A stretch of 63,089 nucleotides of DNA, the filler included, from Hyphochytrium catenoides (taxonomy: Eukaryota > Protista > Hyphochytriomycota), in the NCBI GenBank assembly GCA_900088475.1. It is 10 parts of 10 records of this genome, joined end to end, with 100 filler letters (N's around TTAATTAATTAA, not from the genome) between each part and the next. Parts side by side here need not be neighbours in the genome. Positions count along the whole stretch, not along the records: positions 1 to 5,698 come from FLMG01004037.1; positions 5,799 to 34,755 come from FLMG01002525.1; 8 more parts are not named here. One strand, given 5' to 3'. Shown one piece after another: positions 1-10,823 of the stretch. The notes below the pieces were generated by a model. It saw only the letters and a program-made list of their open reading frames with translations. It did not search any database and was not told where the DNA came from. Position numbers and translations under genes: made by a program. Each line of letters starts with the position of its first letter. Position 1 is the first letter of the stretch.

Positions 1-559
1 GAAGACAGCAAGGCCTTCGCAGACGCTGACCAGACAAACCGGGACAATTAATAGCTGCAGAGGTTGAAGGAAAAAAAGAAAAAGGAAAGGAGAGGGAAGA
101 GAAGAAGAGACAAGAAAAACTCAAAGCCTTGGTTTCGTCCTCAGCTCGATCTGCTCCACGCTCATCCAGTAAAATAAGAGTTATGATTGTTTTCCTCAAT
201 AAAAATAGGAGAGAAGAAGGATGCTACTACTGACTGGCGATAAACGAACAACAGGAACACATCCCCCTTTTTCCATTGACTTAGGGTTACCTATCCTTAT
301 TAACCCATGAGATAAAACTGAGATATTTATCTGAAAACGAACAAAGGGATGGTCCTTCTTTTTTGCAGGAGCTTCTGGAGCAACATTGAGATTTAGGGAG
401 AAGTCACCTAGTGTCGTGCAGATTTCCAAAATGTGAATGATCTCGCTCTCGCTCTCGAGGAAGAGCGGCGCGGCCCGCGGCGGCGACGGCGCGGGGCCAG
501 CAATAACCCCTGGTTTTGAAAAGCGATCATCCAAAAAACTAGTCGTTAGTTTTTGAAAT

Positions 560-690
560 AAATATTTTTATTGTGAGATTCTGGGTTTGGGTTTCATCTT
601 TTGGGTTGGGTCAGACCTGACATGTCAGGCGGCAAATGTTGACAAAGTGCAAAACAGGAGCCGCCTGACATGTCCGACGCCTGACACCTA
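560..690 (-). mobile_element. Probable DNA-transposon terminus (hAT-like) with subterminal repeats
   Basis: Palindrome CCTGACATGTCAGG at 616-629, a 15-bp inverted repeat at 619-633/660-674, and a third CGCCTGACA at 678-686. The minus strand begins TAGGTGTCAGGCG. No partner end is visible. Confidence 0.4.
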
Positions 691-2069
691 GTCTCTCTGG
701 ATTTAGGGAGTGTACTTATTATACCTCGAAAAGGGTACGAGGACGGAATTTGCGTTCCTGGCTCGTANNNNNNNNNNNNNNNNNNNNNNNNNNNNNNNNN
801 NNNNNNNNNNNNNNNNNNNNNNNNNNNNNNNNNNNNNNNNNNNNNNNNNNNNNNNNNNNNNNNNNNNNNNNNNNNNNNNNNNNNNNNNNNNNNNNNNNNN
901 NNNNNNNNNNNNNNNNNNNNNNNNNNNNNNNTCTGGTGTGGTGCTGCTTTGGGGAAAGAGTGTGGTTTTGAGAGACATTCTGAGTTTTGCAGCTAATCTC
1001 AATAATATAGTGGTGGGGCTCTTTATTCTTTGCTCTGTTCCTTGAGCTACGAACCCATCCTGGCTTCTTTTTGGAAACCGCTAAGAACCGATGAACTATT
1101 TTATAAAATTTTCGAGGCTATAATAAATCACCAGGAATACTACGAACTCGTACTCGTAGCTTCTGAGGCCCTTCTTGTGCCCCTCTCCGCTCACCACAGG
1201 TAGTCGATAGTCCCCCCGACGCTTCACCTCCCCCCTTTTCCCCTCACAGCCGCCTTTACCTCGTAGACCCAAGACCTCATAGTTTATAGCCATCGAACGC
1301 CCGCACTCTGTCTGTTTAGCGGATGGTCCCATCTGCTTCTTATTGGCATTTCCTCCTCCTTGAGTTCCTTTATGCTCTATAATAATATATCGATAGCATC
1401 GCTGCTGCCCTGCTGGCTCCTCGCTGAGTGCATTCGTCCGTTACGGCGGCGGCCGGGCAGGAGAAGAAGAAGAGAAGAGCTGGGGAGGACAATGAGGCAT
1501 CTACCCAGTAACAAGAGAGAAGGAAGACTTCTTCATTGGCGGTGGCAGCAGGTTATTATGGAGTAGGAGGAGGAGTAGCACGACCGACTACTACTTCCTC
1601 TTCTCGTAGGGAGACATGCTGCTAATTATCTTCTCCTCGTCGTCGGATGTTTGCTGGCGGTGGTGGCAACGTTAACGAAGTGAAAGAAAGAAGCATTTCA
1701 TCATCTTCATCTTCACGCTGGCAGTACGGAGGAGAAGAGCAAGACCCAGCGCGCCAGCGAGTAGGGGAGAAGTATGTTGATGGCAGCTGCTCATCTGAAG
1801 GTAGAGATTCCTGCTGCTGCTCAAAGCTACTCATAAGATAGAGAGGTTGGCGCTCAGCACGACGAGGAAATAAAGCTAGCCAGAAGAAGACTTCTTGTCT
1901 CCCTTTTCTCGCCGCCAGAGCTTGAAGAATATTAGAAGATGGAAGTGGGACTGAAGAACAACGTTTCTCTTCCTACTCCTTAGCTATAAACGCAGACAGA
2001 GACGAAGAGACGTGCAGAAAGCAAGGATTCATCAGGGAGGAGGAGAGAAGTAGAGATGCTGCGAGAAGA

Positions 2070-4178
2070 ATGGCAGGAGCTACTGATGACAGCAGAAGAG
2101 TAGACGGGGGTATGATGACGCAGGTTATTACGACGACCAGGAAGAAGGCCCTGATGGCTGTCTGCCCTTGGCAGGAGCTGACAGAGGAAGAAAGCCAGAC
2201 CACAGTGATGCTCTGGCTTTTAGGGCCACGCTTCACAAAGTGGTTCTATGGCTATAAGCGGTTTATGCCCCTCCTTGGATCGCTCTCCTCTTTGGGCTTC
2301 TTTCTTACAGCTTTCTTCCTCTTACTCTCTCCTGCCAGCAGAGAGGAGACAAGGCTAATAGTCTATTGGGCATTGGGTTTCCCTTGTCTTGTCTGCATGG
2401 GGCTGCAGAACTCCTCTTTGATGAACCTGGGGATGATCCGTCATTTACTGGGAATGGTGGACACCTGGTGGTTTCTGATAGAGGCAATTCTTCTTTCACT
2501 TAGTCTTCCTGCTCTCCTCTGCTTCAGGGCTTCCGGGATGCTCTATGGCATCAACCTTCTTCTTGGTGTTTGTGTGGGCTTTCTATCATATGATAGCCTC
2601 TCAATAGCTGGGAGAACGGGTATGAGACGGGCATTGCTTGCCTCTTCTCTCTTCTTTTGTTCGCAGTTGGCCATCATATATCTGCGTCTGACGCCAGGGA
2701 TTTGCCTCTACCGCTTAGAACTGGCAGGAGAAGGAGGGCGACCGGCACTTCGCAAGGCCTGCTTGGTAGATTCGCTAGGAGGCGAAGAGAAAGAACCTCC
2801 CAAGTGGAGCATCTCTCTCTTCCAATTGTGCACCACGCGACTCTTCACGATCAGTATCTTGGCGTTCAAGCTTACCTACTTTGCCCTCCGGCACCCAGAA
2901 GATTGTGTCCTCATCCGCACCCGCGTGCGCCTAGTGGACGCAGGTACAGCTGCGAAGGGCGCTGAGGAGCTGGTCAACAAGGTCTCACAGAGCACACTAA
3001 CTTCACCCAGCTCGAGGACGCCTGGCGGAGTCAGCAGGAAGAAAATAAAGGTCTTACCGCGTCCATCTGGAGTATCAGAGGGCAGAAAGAAAGATGATCA
3101 GCAGAAGCAACAAAGTCAAGGATCGTTCCTTCGGATAAAACAGCAGTCTTCAAGGCTCGTCAGGACTATGACAGGCCTTAGCGGCACAATCGTCCTGGGC
3201 ACAATCCGTATGGGGACTATCAGAGACCTTCTAGTAAGAGGAAAGTCCGAAGAGAGAAGAAGAAAGAAGAAAAGAAGAGCACTGCTTGCTATGAATCCCG
3301 TGGTACAGCTAACAGAGAAAGAGAGTAAGACCACGGTGATGATGCGTCTCTTTGGTCCGTTGTTTGTACGGCGATGGCGCCGGTGGAGAAGCAGCCTAAC
3401 ATTTGCAAGCAACGTGGCTCTTGCTGGGTACTTTTCCGTGCTGGCTGCGCCCTTTGCGGGCATCGATGACTGGACAATGACCCGTCTGACGGTCGGCGTT
3501 ATGATGCCTAGCACTTTGTACTTGATGCTCTACTTCTCAGGACTGATGAATCTCTTTATAGTCCGCCGTTGTCTCAAGAAGTTTGACACGCGCTGGTTTA
3601 TCGTAGAGGCCACAGCGTTTGCCGCCACATTGCCCCTGGTCCTCTGCCATCATGGACCGTGGTCCTTTCTTCTCAGTGTCAATATCTTGGTTGGAACGCT
3701 CTTTGCCTACCTTCTCTACGATAGCATCCCTTCAAGCTTAAGGAGAAACATGAGGATAGGCCTGACAGGCGTAGCTCTCGCATACCTTTTCTTCGTAGTT
3801 CTTATGTTCTCGAGAACTCTTCCAGGAAGCTGCTTCTACCGCTTGGCTTTGTTGTTCGGGAAGGGAAGCATCGCCTTCTCCTTCAACGGAGGCGTTGGCT
3901 CCGTTGAGGACACTGCAGCTGGTGATTGTCTGGACTCTTCTGGTCAGCAGCCATCATCACTGGAGTCTCACACATTCTCTGTCGTCATCTGCATGTTTGA
4001 CTTCTGTTTGAGTCGCGTCTCCACCGTTACGGTTCTGATGATAAAGATTGTGATCACGGCTCTAAAGCATCCTGACGACTGCGTTCTCCTCAAGTCTCAC
4101 TTACGAGCTGTCGAGACAGAGGTGGCGGACAACGACAGAGGAGACAACACACTGCCGACTGGCCTTGGGATCTCATAG
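2070..4178 (+). CDS. Intronless multi-pass membrane protein (702 aa) made of two homologous ~6-TM halves; family not recognised
   Basis: Long ORF with paired motifs: ELTEEESQTTVM/QLTEKESKTTVM, DTWWFLIEA/DTRWFIVEA, PGICLYRL/PGSCFYRL, LRHPEDCVL/LKHPDDCVL. Confidence 0.85.
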   Translation: MAGATDDSRRVDGGMMTQVITTTRKKALMAVCPWQELTEEESQTTVMLWLLGPRFTKWFYGYKRFMPLLGSLSSLGFFLTAFFLLLSPASREETRLIVYWALGFPCLVCMGLQNSSLMNLGMIRHLLGMVDTWWFLIEAILLSLSLPALLCFRASGMLYGINLLLGVCVGFLSYDSLSIAGRTGMRRALLASSLFFCSQLAIIYLRLTPGICLYRLELAGEGGRPALRKACLVDSLGGEEKEPPKWSISLFQLCTTRLFTISILAFKLTYFALRHPEDCVLIRTRVRLVDAGTAAKGAEELVNKVSQSTLTSPSSRTPGGVSRKKIKVLPRPSGVSEGRKKDDQQKQQSQGSFLRIKQQSSRLVRTMTGLSGTIVLGTIRMGTIRDLLVRGKSEERRRKKKRRALLAMNPVVQLTEKESKTTVMMRLFGPLFVRRWRRWRSSLTFASNVALAGYFSVLAAPFAGIDDWTMTRLTVGVMMPSTLYLMLYFSGLMNLFIVRRCLKKFDTRWFIVEATAFAATLPLVLCHHGPWSFLLSVNILVGTLFAYLLYDSIPSSLRRNMRIGLTGVALAYLFFVVLMFSRTLPGSCFYRLALLFGKGSIAFSFNGGVGSVEDTAAGDCLDSSGQQPSSLESHTFSVVICMFDFCLSRVSTVTVLMIKIVITALKHPDDCVLLKSHLRAVETEVADNDRGDNTLPTGLGIS

Positions 4179-4919
4179 GAAGCAAGAAGATCATTAACCT
4201 TCACCGAGGCGGTTGCAACGAACTGATCTACTTCTAATAGGAAGAGCGCGCCTAGCAGCGCAGATTGTATCGTTAGACTTAGTAGTAGCTCTTTAACAAG
4301 ACTATATACTATCTCACTGTCATCGAGCTCCCAGCTTCGAGGTCTTCATAATAATCTCTATTATTATCAATGTTCTCACTCTTCTGCTATCGGCTCTGCC
4401 GCTGCCGCCTGGGTAAGAGCTTCTTCTTCTTCCAATCAAACGGCCGTTTATTAATAACAATGCACTGCCGACGGTACGCAGCAGGATGAAGAATTGGAAT
4501 CGAGAGCTCGATCTTCTCAGTGTGTCCATAGATGGAGATCCAATAACAGAGATCCATTTATGAGGCCCTTGAAGATTGGACGGAGAGATGGACTGGACGT
4601 AGCCGGTCGCCGTCGTCATCATTCTCTACAAGAACAGCAGCGGAAGGCTAGAAAGCACCACGAGCAATCACCCAAACGAAGGGCTTCTCTCCTCCAAGAG
4701 GAGGAATGTCTCCAGCAGGCTTCACAGCTGTTCAAAGGAATCTCTGCAAAGATAATAAGGGCAGCATCGAAAGCGAAAGAGAGAAAGACAAGCACTACGA
4801 CTGCTGAGGAGTGCGCCACCATGAAGAAAGAATGTAGGTGATGATGTTATTCCTAGATGACAACTAACTGCCTTACATGTCATCACGAGCTTCATTGATC
4901 AAGGCAGGACCTAAAGCGA

Positions 4920-5142
4920 AGAAGAGGGAGAAGAGAAAGAGAGGGAGAGAAAGAGAGAGAGCGAGAGAGAGAGAAGGAGATAGAGAGCGAGAGCGCGAGA
5001 GAGAGCAGAGATAGAGAGCGAGAGCGCGAGAGAGAGCAGAGAGAGAGCGAAAGAGAGGGCAGAGAGCGAAAGAGAGCGAGCGAGCGAGGAAGAGAGAGAG
5101 AGACGGGGAGAGAGAGAGAGACGGGGACAGAGAGAGAGAGAG

Positions 5143-5188
<46 letters not shown>
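4920..5188. repeat. Imperfect (GA)n microsatellite tract ending at an assembly gap
   Basis: Directly visible. Confidence 0.95.
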
Positions 5189-5698
5189 NNNNNNNNNNNN
5201 NNNNNNNNNNNNTCTGTTTCCCAACTACCAGTGGATGGACAGACAGATAAGCAAAATGGTGGAGCGCACGTACTAGCCCTCCATAACTCTTAAACCCCGC
5301 CAAATTTTTGTGCGTATCGTCCACCAGGGCGGCATCATCGGTCAGCTTTGGACAGGGCTCCACCTGTGTGCGTAGGCCCTCAACTATACGCTCTCTACAA
5401 TTACAATCCACATATATGGGCAAAACAAAGAGCGCACGAATTGGAGTGGCGAGAAGTATACTTTGCGCTATAATTTTTTGTATGCTAAAAACCTGTACAA
5501 ATGAGTGAATGAATGAATGACTTTCATTGGCGGCTGGTCGTGAGGAAATGATTGAAAGTTCAAAGCCCCAAAGATCGTAATAAATCACTAAAACACATTA
5601 TAAAAATCCTTTCTCCCTTGTTCTTGTGTATCCCTATTTTCAGTGGGGAATTATACAAGAGGGCTTTTACCATCCGCCTTTTGCAGTTAAACCGCGAG

Positions 5699-5798
5699 NN
5701 NNNNNNNNNNNNNNNNNNNNNNNNNNNNNNNNNNNNNNNNNNTTAATTAATTAANNNNNNNNNNNNNNNNNNNNNNNNNNNNNNNNNNNNNNNNNNNN
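5699..5798. other. Artificial scaffold linker N44-TTAATTAATTAA-N44. Identical copies at 34756-34855, 43987-44086, 45290-45389, 50480-50579, 52441-52540, 57730-57829, 59688-59787 and 61886-61985
   Basis: Nine exact 100-bp copies. The 12-mer gives stop codons in all six frames, and recognisable genes are cut off at several of these points. Confidence 0.98.
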
Positions 5799-6848
5799 GA
5801 GAGAGAGAGAGAGAGAGAGAAGGTGAGGAGAGAAAGAGAGCTTGGCAGCATTCGAACCAAACAAGGAACCGGAAAGTTATGTCCCGTAGCCCAAACCAAG
5901 ACCAAAACTACAACTGAAGGCCTACTTATAGTACCTAATCCTCATCCACTATCTCCCAATTAGACTGTAGGCGAGTTCATGAGAGTTCTGATAATTAACC
6001 GATTTGGGAGACCATTGTTTCATTTACCAAGGTTCTTTAACCTACCAGGGTAATCCCAAATTAGTGCCGTGGTTCCGCTGTCGAAACTGTAAAGAGAAAG
6101 CCAGAAGCTTGTCGTCCCCTCATAGTTTTTAGCCTCTCAATGATAGGCTCTCCTGCTTTTGTCGTTCTTCGCTACTGCCTCATGTATAATCTATCTATGT
6201 TATATAAGGTGAGAGGTGAGGTAACAGAGGCCATCCTACAATTGTCGCTATAGTTCAGTGAAATCACCCTTACTTTGGACCCCAAGACTGCATAGAACGA
6301 CGCATCAAGCTCTTTGGAGGAAGAAACAGACAGAATGTTAGAGGAGAAACACGTATTACTACGCCACCATTCTTCTCCACTGATCATGGTCCTAGGGCCT
6401 TCCTATTACTACTCTCAACATGTCACTCTAATCATTCGGAAATCAATATTTTGGAAATTTGAGGGTAGGAAAGAATAAGTCGAAAAGATCTGGCTGAGCC
6501 TTCCCCATCGCTTGCCCCACCTGAACGCCTCGAAATGAATCATTTGAAATGTTTCAACCTGTGTCACGATTAATTCATCCACCGCCATTCTTCACTCCCG
6601 CTTATTTGACGGACTGGGCTATATTGACAATGACGAAAGCCTTCTTGTTGTCAATAGCGTGCTTTTTTCGCTTTGGAAAAGGGCCCCAATGTGCAAGAGA
6701 AAGGCATAATACACACCTTTTGACGGTGATATCTTATTACAGGGGCTATTCAATTAGGTGGAGGACTTCGAAGTGTGCAATGTAAATTCACAATTTAGGA
6801 GGATTGTTCTGGCAGGAGAGTGCGACGTGGCTCTGCGATTCGTTGGGG

Positions 6849-7090
6849 CTCTCTCTCNNNNNNNNNNNNNNNNNNNNNNNNNNNNNNNNNNNNNNNNNNN
6901 NNNNCTCTCTCTCTCTGTCTCTCTGTCTCTCTCTCTCTAGTCTCTGGTCCTCTCTCTCTGTCTCTCTTCTCTCACTCTCTCCATTCTCTCTTTTTCTCTC
7001 TCTCTGTGTCTCTGTCTCTCTCTGTCTCTCTGTCTCTCTCACTCTCTCCATTCTCTGTTCCTCTCTCTGTGTCTCTCTTCTCTCCCTTCT
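6849..7090. repeat. Imperfect (CT)n microsatellite tract spanning a gap
   Basis: Directly visible. Confidence 0.95.
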
Positions 7091-7631
7091 CCCACTTCCC
7101 ACACCTTTGTCTGACAGCCATCCCTCCCTCTATTGTTCTGTCGGAGGTCCGTCCTGCTGATGCCGCTGCTGTGCCTGCACTGCCTTCTCTCTCCCCCTCC
7201 CTTCCTTCCTCGATCCTCCTCCAGGTGCGAAGAGGGAACAGGCAGCAGCAGCAGGAGAGGGAGAGGCCACGCAGACCGCAGAACAGGAAGGAAGAAGAAG
7301 GGGACGTTGGTGCCGGCTGCCCACTGTGGCGCTTCTGATCAGAAATTCTGTTGAATCTACCTAGCGAACATGGGCTCCTGAGGCACCTGGCCTTCTCTGC
7401 CCACTGTACACAGCCTCCTCCGGTCCGTCAATGGGGAAGGCGGCGACATGATGCAAGCTTTATTGGTGAGGATGCACCAGCAGTAGCTCCTTGTTCTTTC
7501 TCCACTCGCAGGAGCAGTGAGCGGTGGAAGGGAGTGGCCCTGGCTGATGCGCTTGTAGGAATTCCCTCTCTTTGCTCGGCTCCAAAGTCTCTGATTCTGA
7601 TAGTAGAAGTTAGCTGGAAGGGGCAAAGAGA

Positions 7632-10600
7632 ATGGATGACTCCGTGCCTTCTTTGAGAGGCAATGATGCCGGGACGACAGAGACTTACGGTTCATTAGAT
7701 AGCTTTGCAGCGTCGAGGGATAGCCGACAGCAAGGCGTTGACAGTGAACAGACAGACAGTGACAGAGACTCTGTTACTAGCATTGCAATGCCGCTGCATG
7801 GTGAGCCACCGGGCTGGGGCTCATGGATCTCGGCTCCAGTGCGATTAGCGGCGACAGTAGCTACAGCGCCGGTGACGATGGCTGGAGCTTCTCTCTCTCT
7901 TGCGGCAAACTTGGTTCGCGGCCGAACAGGGGCGGCCGCTGTGGCAGAAGAGGTAACAGCATCTGTGAAAGTCATCGAGGATACTCAGGCTGCTGCCGCT
8001 GAGATAACAGCCGTTGCTGCGGTAGAAGGAGCGGCTCAGGCATCAGTTGTTGCAGCTGTGGAGGTAGCTGCGCAAGGGCCCAAAGCAAAGGCTGAGGAGG
8101 TGACTCAAGTCGCAGAAGAGCTAGTTGAAAGAGTTGTTCAAGGCTCGATAGAGAAGATGAACGAGGCAGACACAGCGGGATCTCCGATACTCAGTAGACG
8201 AGAGAGAGCCCGCGCTGCAGCGGTGGGCTTGGCAGTTTCAGCTGCGTGGCTCCCTGTGCAAGCTGCTATCTTCCCTGTCCGGGCAGCATCAAGGGTGACT
8301 GGCCGCGTCGCATCATCCGTCAGTAGATCAGTGACCAAGCGCCTGGTAGGCGGCAGCGAAGACGCAGTCGCCGTGCAGCTCGAGGCGGAGACACAGAGCG
8401 TAGATTATCAAACTGCAGAGGAGCAGCTGGCAGTCAAGGTTGCCTGCACGGTGGAACAGCAAGTGGCAGGACTGGACAACATTGAAGAGGAAGAGGAGGA
8501 GGAAGAGGCTTTCGTTCTAGGTGACCTGATGGATAGAGATGGCTTCCATATGATGAAGGCCGTGCAGCTCTCTGATGATGAGATTCTCATCGAACCCTTC
8601 ACACCACAGTTCTTGGACCACGAGAGAGAGGCCCAGGATGTGGAACAGCAGCGCTCTCTTCTCTCCCTTCTCGCTGATCCAGGCCAGCTGCTCTCTTACA
8701 CTGTGCAAGGTACGCTAAACACCAGTCGAAGTCTTGCCTACAGCGCCGCCTCGAATACTGCCGATCTTCTCCTCTACGGCGTCACGCATGGCAGCCGCTC
8801 CGTCGTCGCTACAACCGCCTATGCGTCTTGTGCTGCCGCTGGCGCAGCTATCCGCTCTGTCCCAGTGGCTGGAAGGATAGCTGCCAGTGGGACAAGGATC
8901 GCCGCTAGCGGTGTTCGGTACACGGTGAACGCCATTCCTCCCTCTGTAGTCAACACAGTCACCGGCACTGTGTCCTCTACGGTCTCCAGGAGTCAAGAGC
9001 TCTCTGCGAGGCTGATGGTAGGCTCCACGCTGGCCGTCTCCACGGCGCTGGTGCCACAGCTGGGCCTAGAAGAGGTAGACCAAGAGCGGCTTGTGCGGTC
9101 AATTCACAAGGGAATGCAGGTAGCCACACGAACCTTTGGTCCTCAAAATATCTATTACGCGGCCAAGTTCTCGTACGATGTAGCGACTAGCGAGACCTTG
9201 AGAGATACCCTGGAGTTCACACGCGATGTGGCTGCAGAAGTGACCAACCCTGCCAACTATCGTGACCTCCTGACGGCACTGACGGACACAAAGTCCGCTG
9301 ACGCGGTCATCACTACGGCAGGAGAGGTGGCAGAGAGTCTCCCGGGAAAGAGTACATTGATTGAGGCGCTGGCGGGGACGATGGACCTGCTCGAGGACGT
9401 CACCAATCCCGAGAACTATCCCAGTCTGAGCGATACTTTAGACAGCCTTATGGACTTTGGAGGCTCAGGTTCGGCATCCAGACCGCCAAAGGGTGGGGGT
9501 TTTCTCTCAGATGATGGCACTTTATTAGGAAGCCTGGAGGGCGAAGATGAAGCTTTCGAGGCGGAGATTATCTATGAGGAGGAAGCGCCTGAGCCTGCCG
9601 CCCGAGCCCGAGGTAACTCAGGCGATAGTGCTGCAGAGGCCTTTCTCACTGGAGTCGGTGACGTCCTGCAGTTTGGTTCAGATGTGATTGGTTCTGCGTT
9701 GGACACACTGGCAGGGTATCCCGGCACAAGCAGCGTGGACATGACCTTGGGAGGCTATGAGGAGCTGCCCTATCTTAGCTCAGAAGAAGACGAAAACGCT
9801 GAAGGGCAGACGTTTGCTCTTTTAGAGCTTCCAGAACTCGAAGAGGAGGAGGAGAAGCCAGCACAGGTCCTTGAAGAGCTTCAGATTGATCTTGCTGAGA
9901 GCGTGACAATCGACCAAGCTGTAGACATGATAGACGCCGAGGAAATTGAAGTCATTAGCTGGCGGGGAGAGGAGCGGCGCCACTCGAGTCCAAAGGGTCC
10001 ATCGCTGCTCCAGGAGTTTGCGAGCGACGTCTTCAATGCTTTTATGGACTATGCAGACGACGAGTGCTCAACAGATGAAGAGGAGCTGGAAGAAGGGTCG
10101 TCGGAGGCCCAGGTGACGCCCTACTCGACACCTCTGCTTCGTGGACAACACGATGAGAAGAGCCCAGCATCAGATATACTATCTTTGCCACCCGCTGCAG
10201 TGGACGCGACTGTCTCACAGTTCTCTGTGCGAAAGGAGAGTCCTAGCGCGGTAGTGCAAGAGGAGCTAACAACCGTCACCGCGACGGTCACAATACCTCT
10301 GGAAGCAGCCTCCGATGAGGGTTTCCATAGTGTTGAAGGAGAGATGAGCGATGAAGGTTTGGGCGCAGGGCTAAACGAGTTGGGAGAAGGTGGAGATGCA
10401 GAGGACGACAGGGAGATGATGAGCTGCGTTGCTGATGCGCAATCGAGAGGGACTTTTGCATCGGAAGTGCCGCATCAGCAGACAGCCGTCGTGCTGGCTG
10501 AGAGGTGGAGCAAATCTGGGACAGTGTCAAGCGGGCTCTCCAGCAGCGCTAGCACGCCTACAGCGAGTGACGATGAGGAGGAAGAGGACATCCAACTGCA

Positions 10601-10823
10601 GGACGGTGAAGCTTTCACAGCTGCCATTCCTGAGCCCGTTACTACTGATGAGGAGGACGTGATGGCTGTTGCCGTCGAGCGCGGCGTTAAAGTCATTGAA
10701 GAAGCTGTAGAGAGCGAGGCATTTCAAGCTGGAATGGATATGGTCTCAGCTCAAGTCAGCTCCTGGCTGTCGGGGGACAGCTCCAGCCGCATCTACAATC
10801 TGAGCGACGCCTTTGGCATTTAA
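7632..10823 (+). CDS. Intronless hypothetical protein (1063 aa) with Ala/Val-rich amphipathic segments and a long acidic, probably disordered C-terminal half
   Basis: 3.2-kb open frame from ATG to TAA. Internal repeats EVTNPANY/DVTNPENY and RIAASG x2. No domain recognised. Confidence 0.8.
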   Translation: MDDSVPSLRGNDAGTTETYGSLDSFAASRDSRQQGVDSEQTDSDRDSVTSIAMPLHGEPPGWGSWISAPVRLAATVATAPVTMAGASLSLAANLVRGRTGAAAVAEEVTASVKVIEDTQAAAAEITAVAAVEGAAQASVVAAVEVAAQGPKAKAEEVTQVAEELVERVVQGSIEKMNEADTAGSPILSRRERARAAAVGLAVSAAWLPVQAAIFPVRAASRVTGRVASSVSRSVTKRLVGGSEDAVAVQLEAETQSVDYQTAEEQLAVKVACTVEQQVAGLDNIEEEEEEEEAFVLGDLMDRDGFHMMKAVQLSDDEILIEPFTPQFLDHEREAQDVEQQRSLLSLLADPGQLLSYTVQGTLNTSRSLAYSAASNTADLLLYGVTHGSRSVVATTAYASCAAAGAAIRSVPVAGRIAASGTRIAASGVRYTVNAIPPSVVNTVTGTVSSTVSRSQELSARLMVGSTLAVSTALVPQLGLEEVDQERLVRSIHKGMQVATRTFGPQNIYYAAKFSYDVATSETLRDTLEFTRDVAAEVTNPANYRDLLTALTDTKSADAVITTAGEVAESLPGKSTLIEALAGTMDLLEDVTNPENYPSLSDTLDSLMDFGGSGSASRPPKGGGFLSDDGTLLGSLEGEDEAFEAEIIYEEEAPEPAARARGNSGDSAAEAFLTGVGDVLQFGSDVIGSALDTLAGYPGTSSVDMTLGGYEELPYLSSEEDENAEGQTFALLELPELEEEEEKPAQVLEELQIDLAESVTIDQAVDMIDAEEIEVISWRGEERRHSSPKGPSLLQEFASDVFNAFMDYADDECSTDEEELEEGSSEAQVTPYSTPLLRGQHDEKSPASDILSLPPAAVDATVSQFSVRKESPSAVVQEELTTVTATVTIPLEAASDEGFHSVEGEMSDEGLGAGLNELGEGGDAEDDREMMSCVADAQSRGTFASEVPHQQTAVVLAERWSKSGTVSSGLSSSASTPTASDDEEEEDIQLQDGEAFTAAIPEPVTTDEEDVMAVAVERGVKVIEEAVESEAFQAGMDMVSAQVSSWLSGDSSSRIYNLSDAFGI

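Noticed and set aside
580-710. Telomere-like GGGTTT / TTTAGGG words
   Set aside because: Only isolated copies, with no tandem array.
5743-5754. Recurrent TTAATTAATTAA palindrome as a biological repeat, CRISPR-like repeat or piggyBac site
   Set aside because: Always centred in exactly 44+44 Ns, so it is an assembly concatenation linker.
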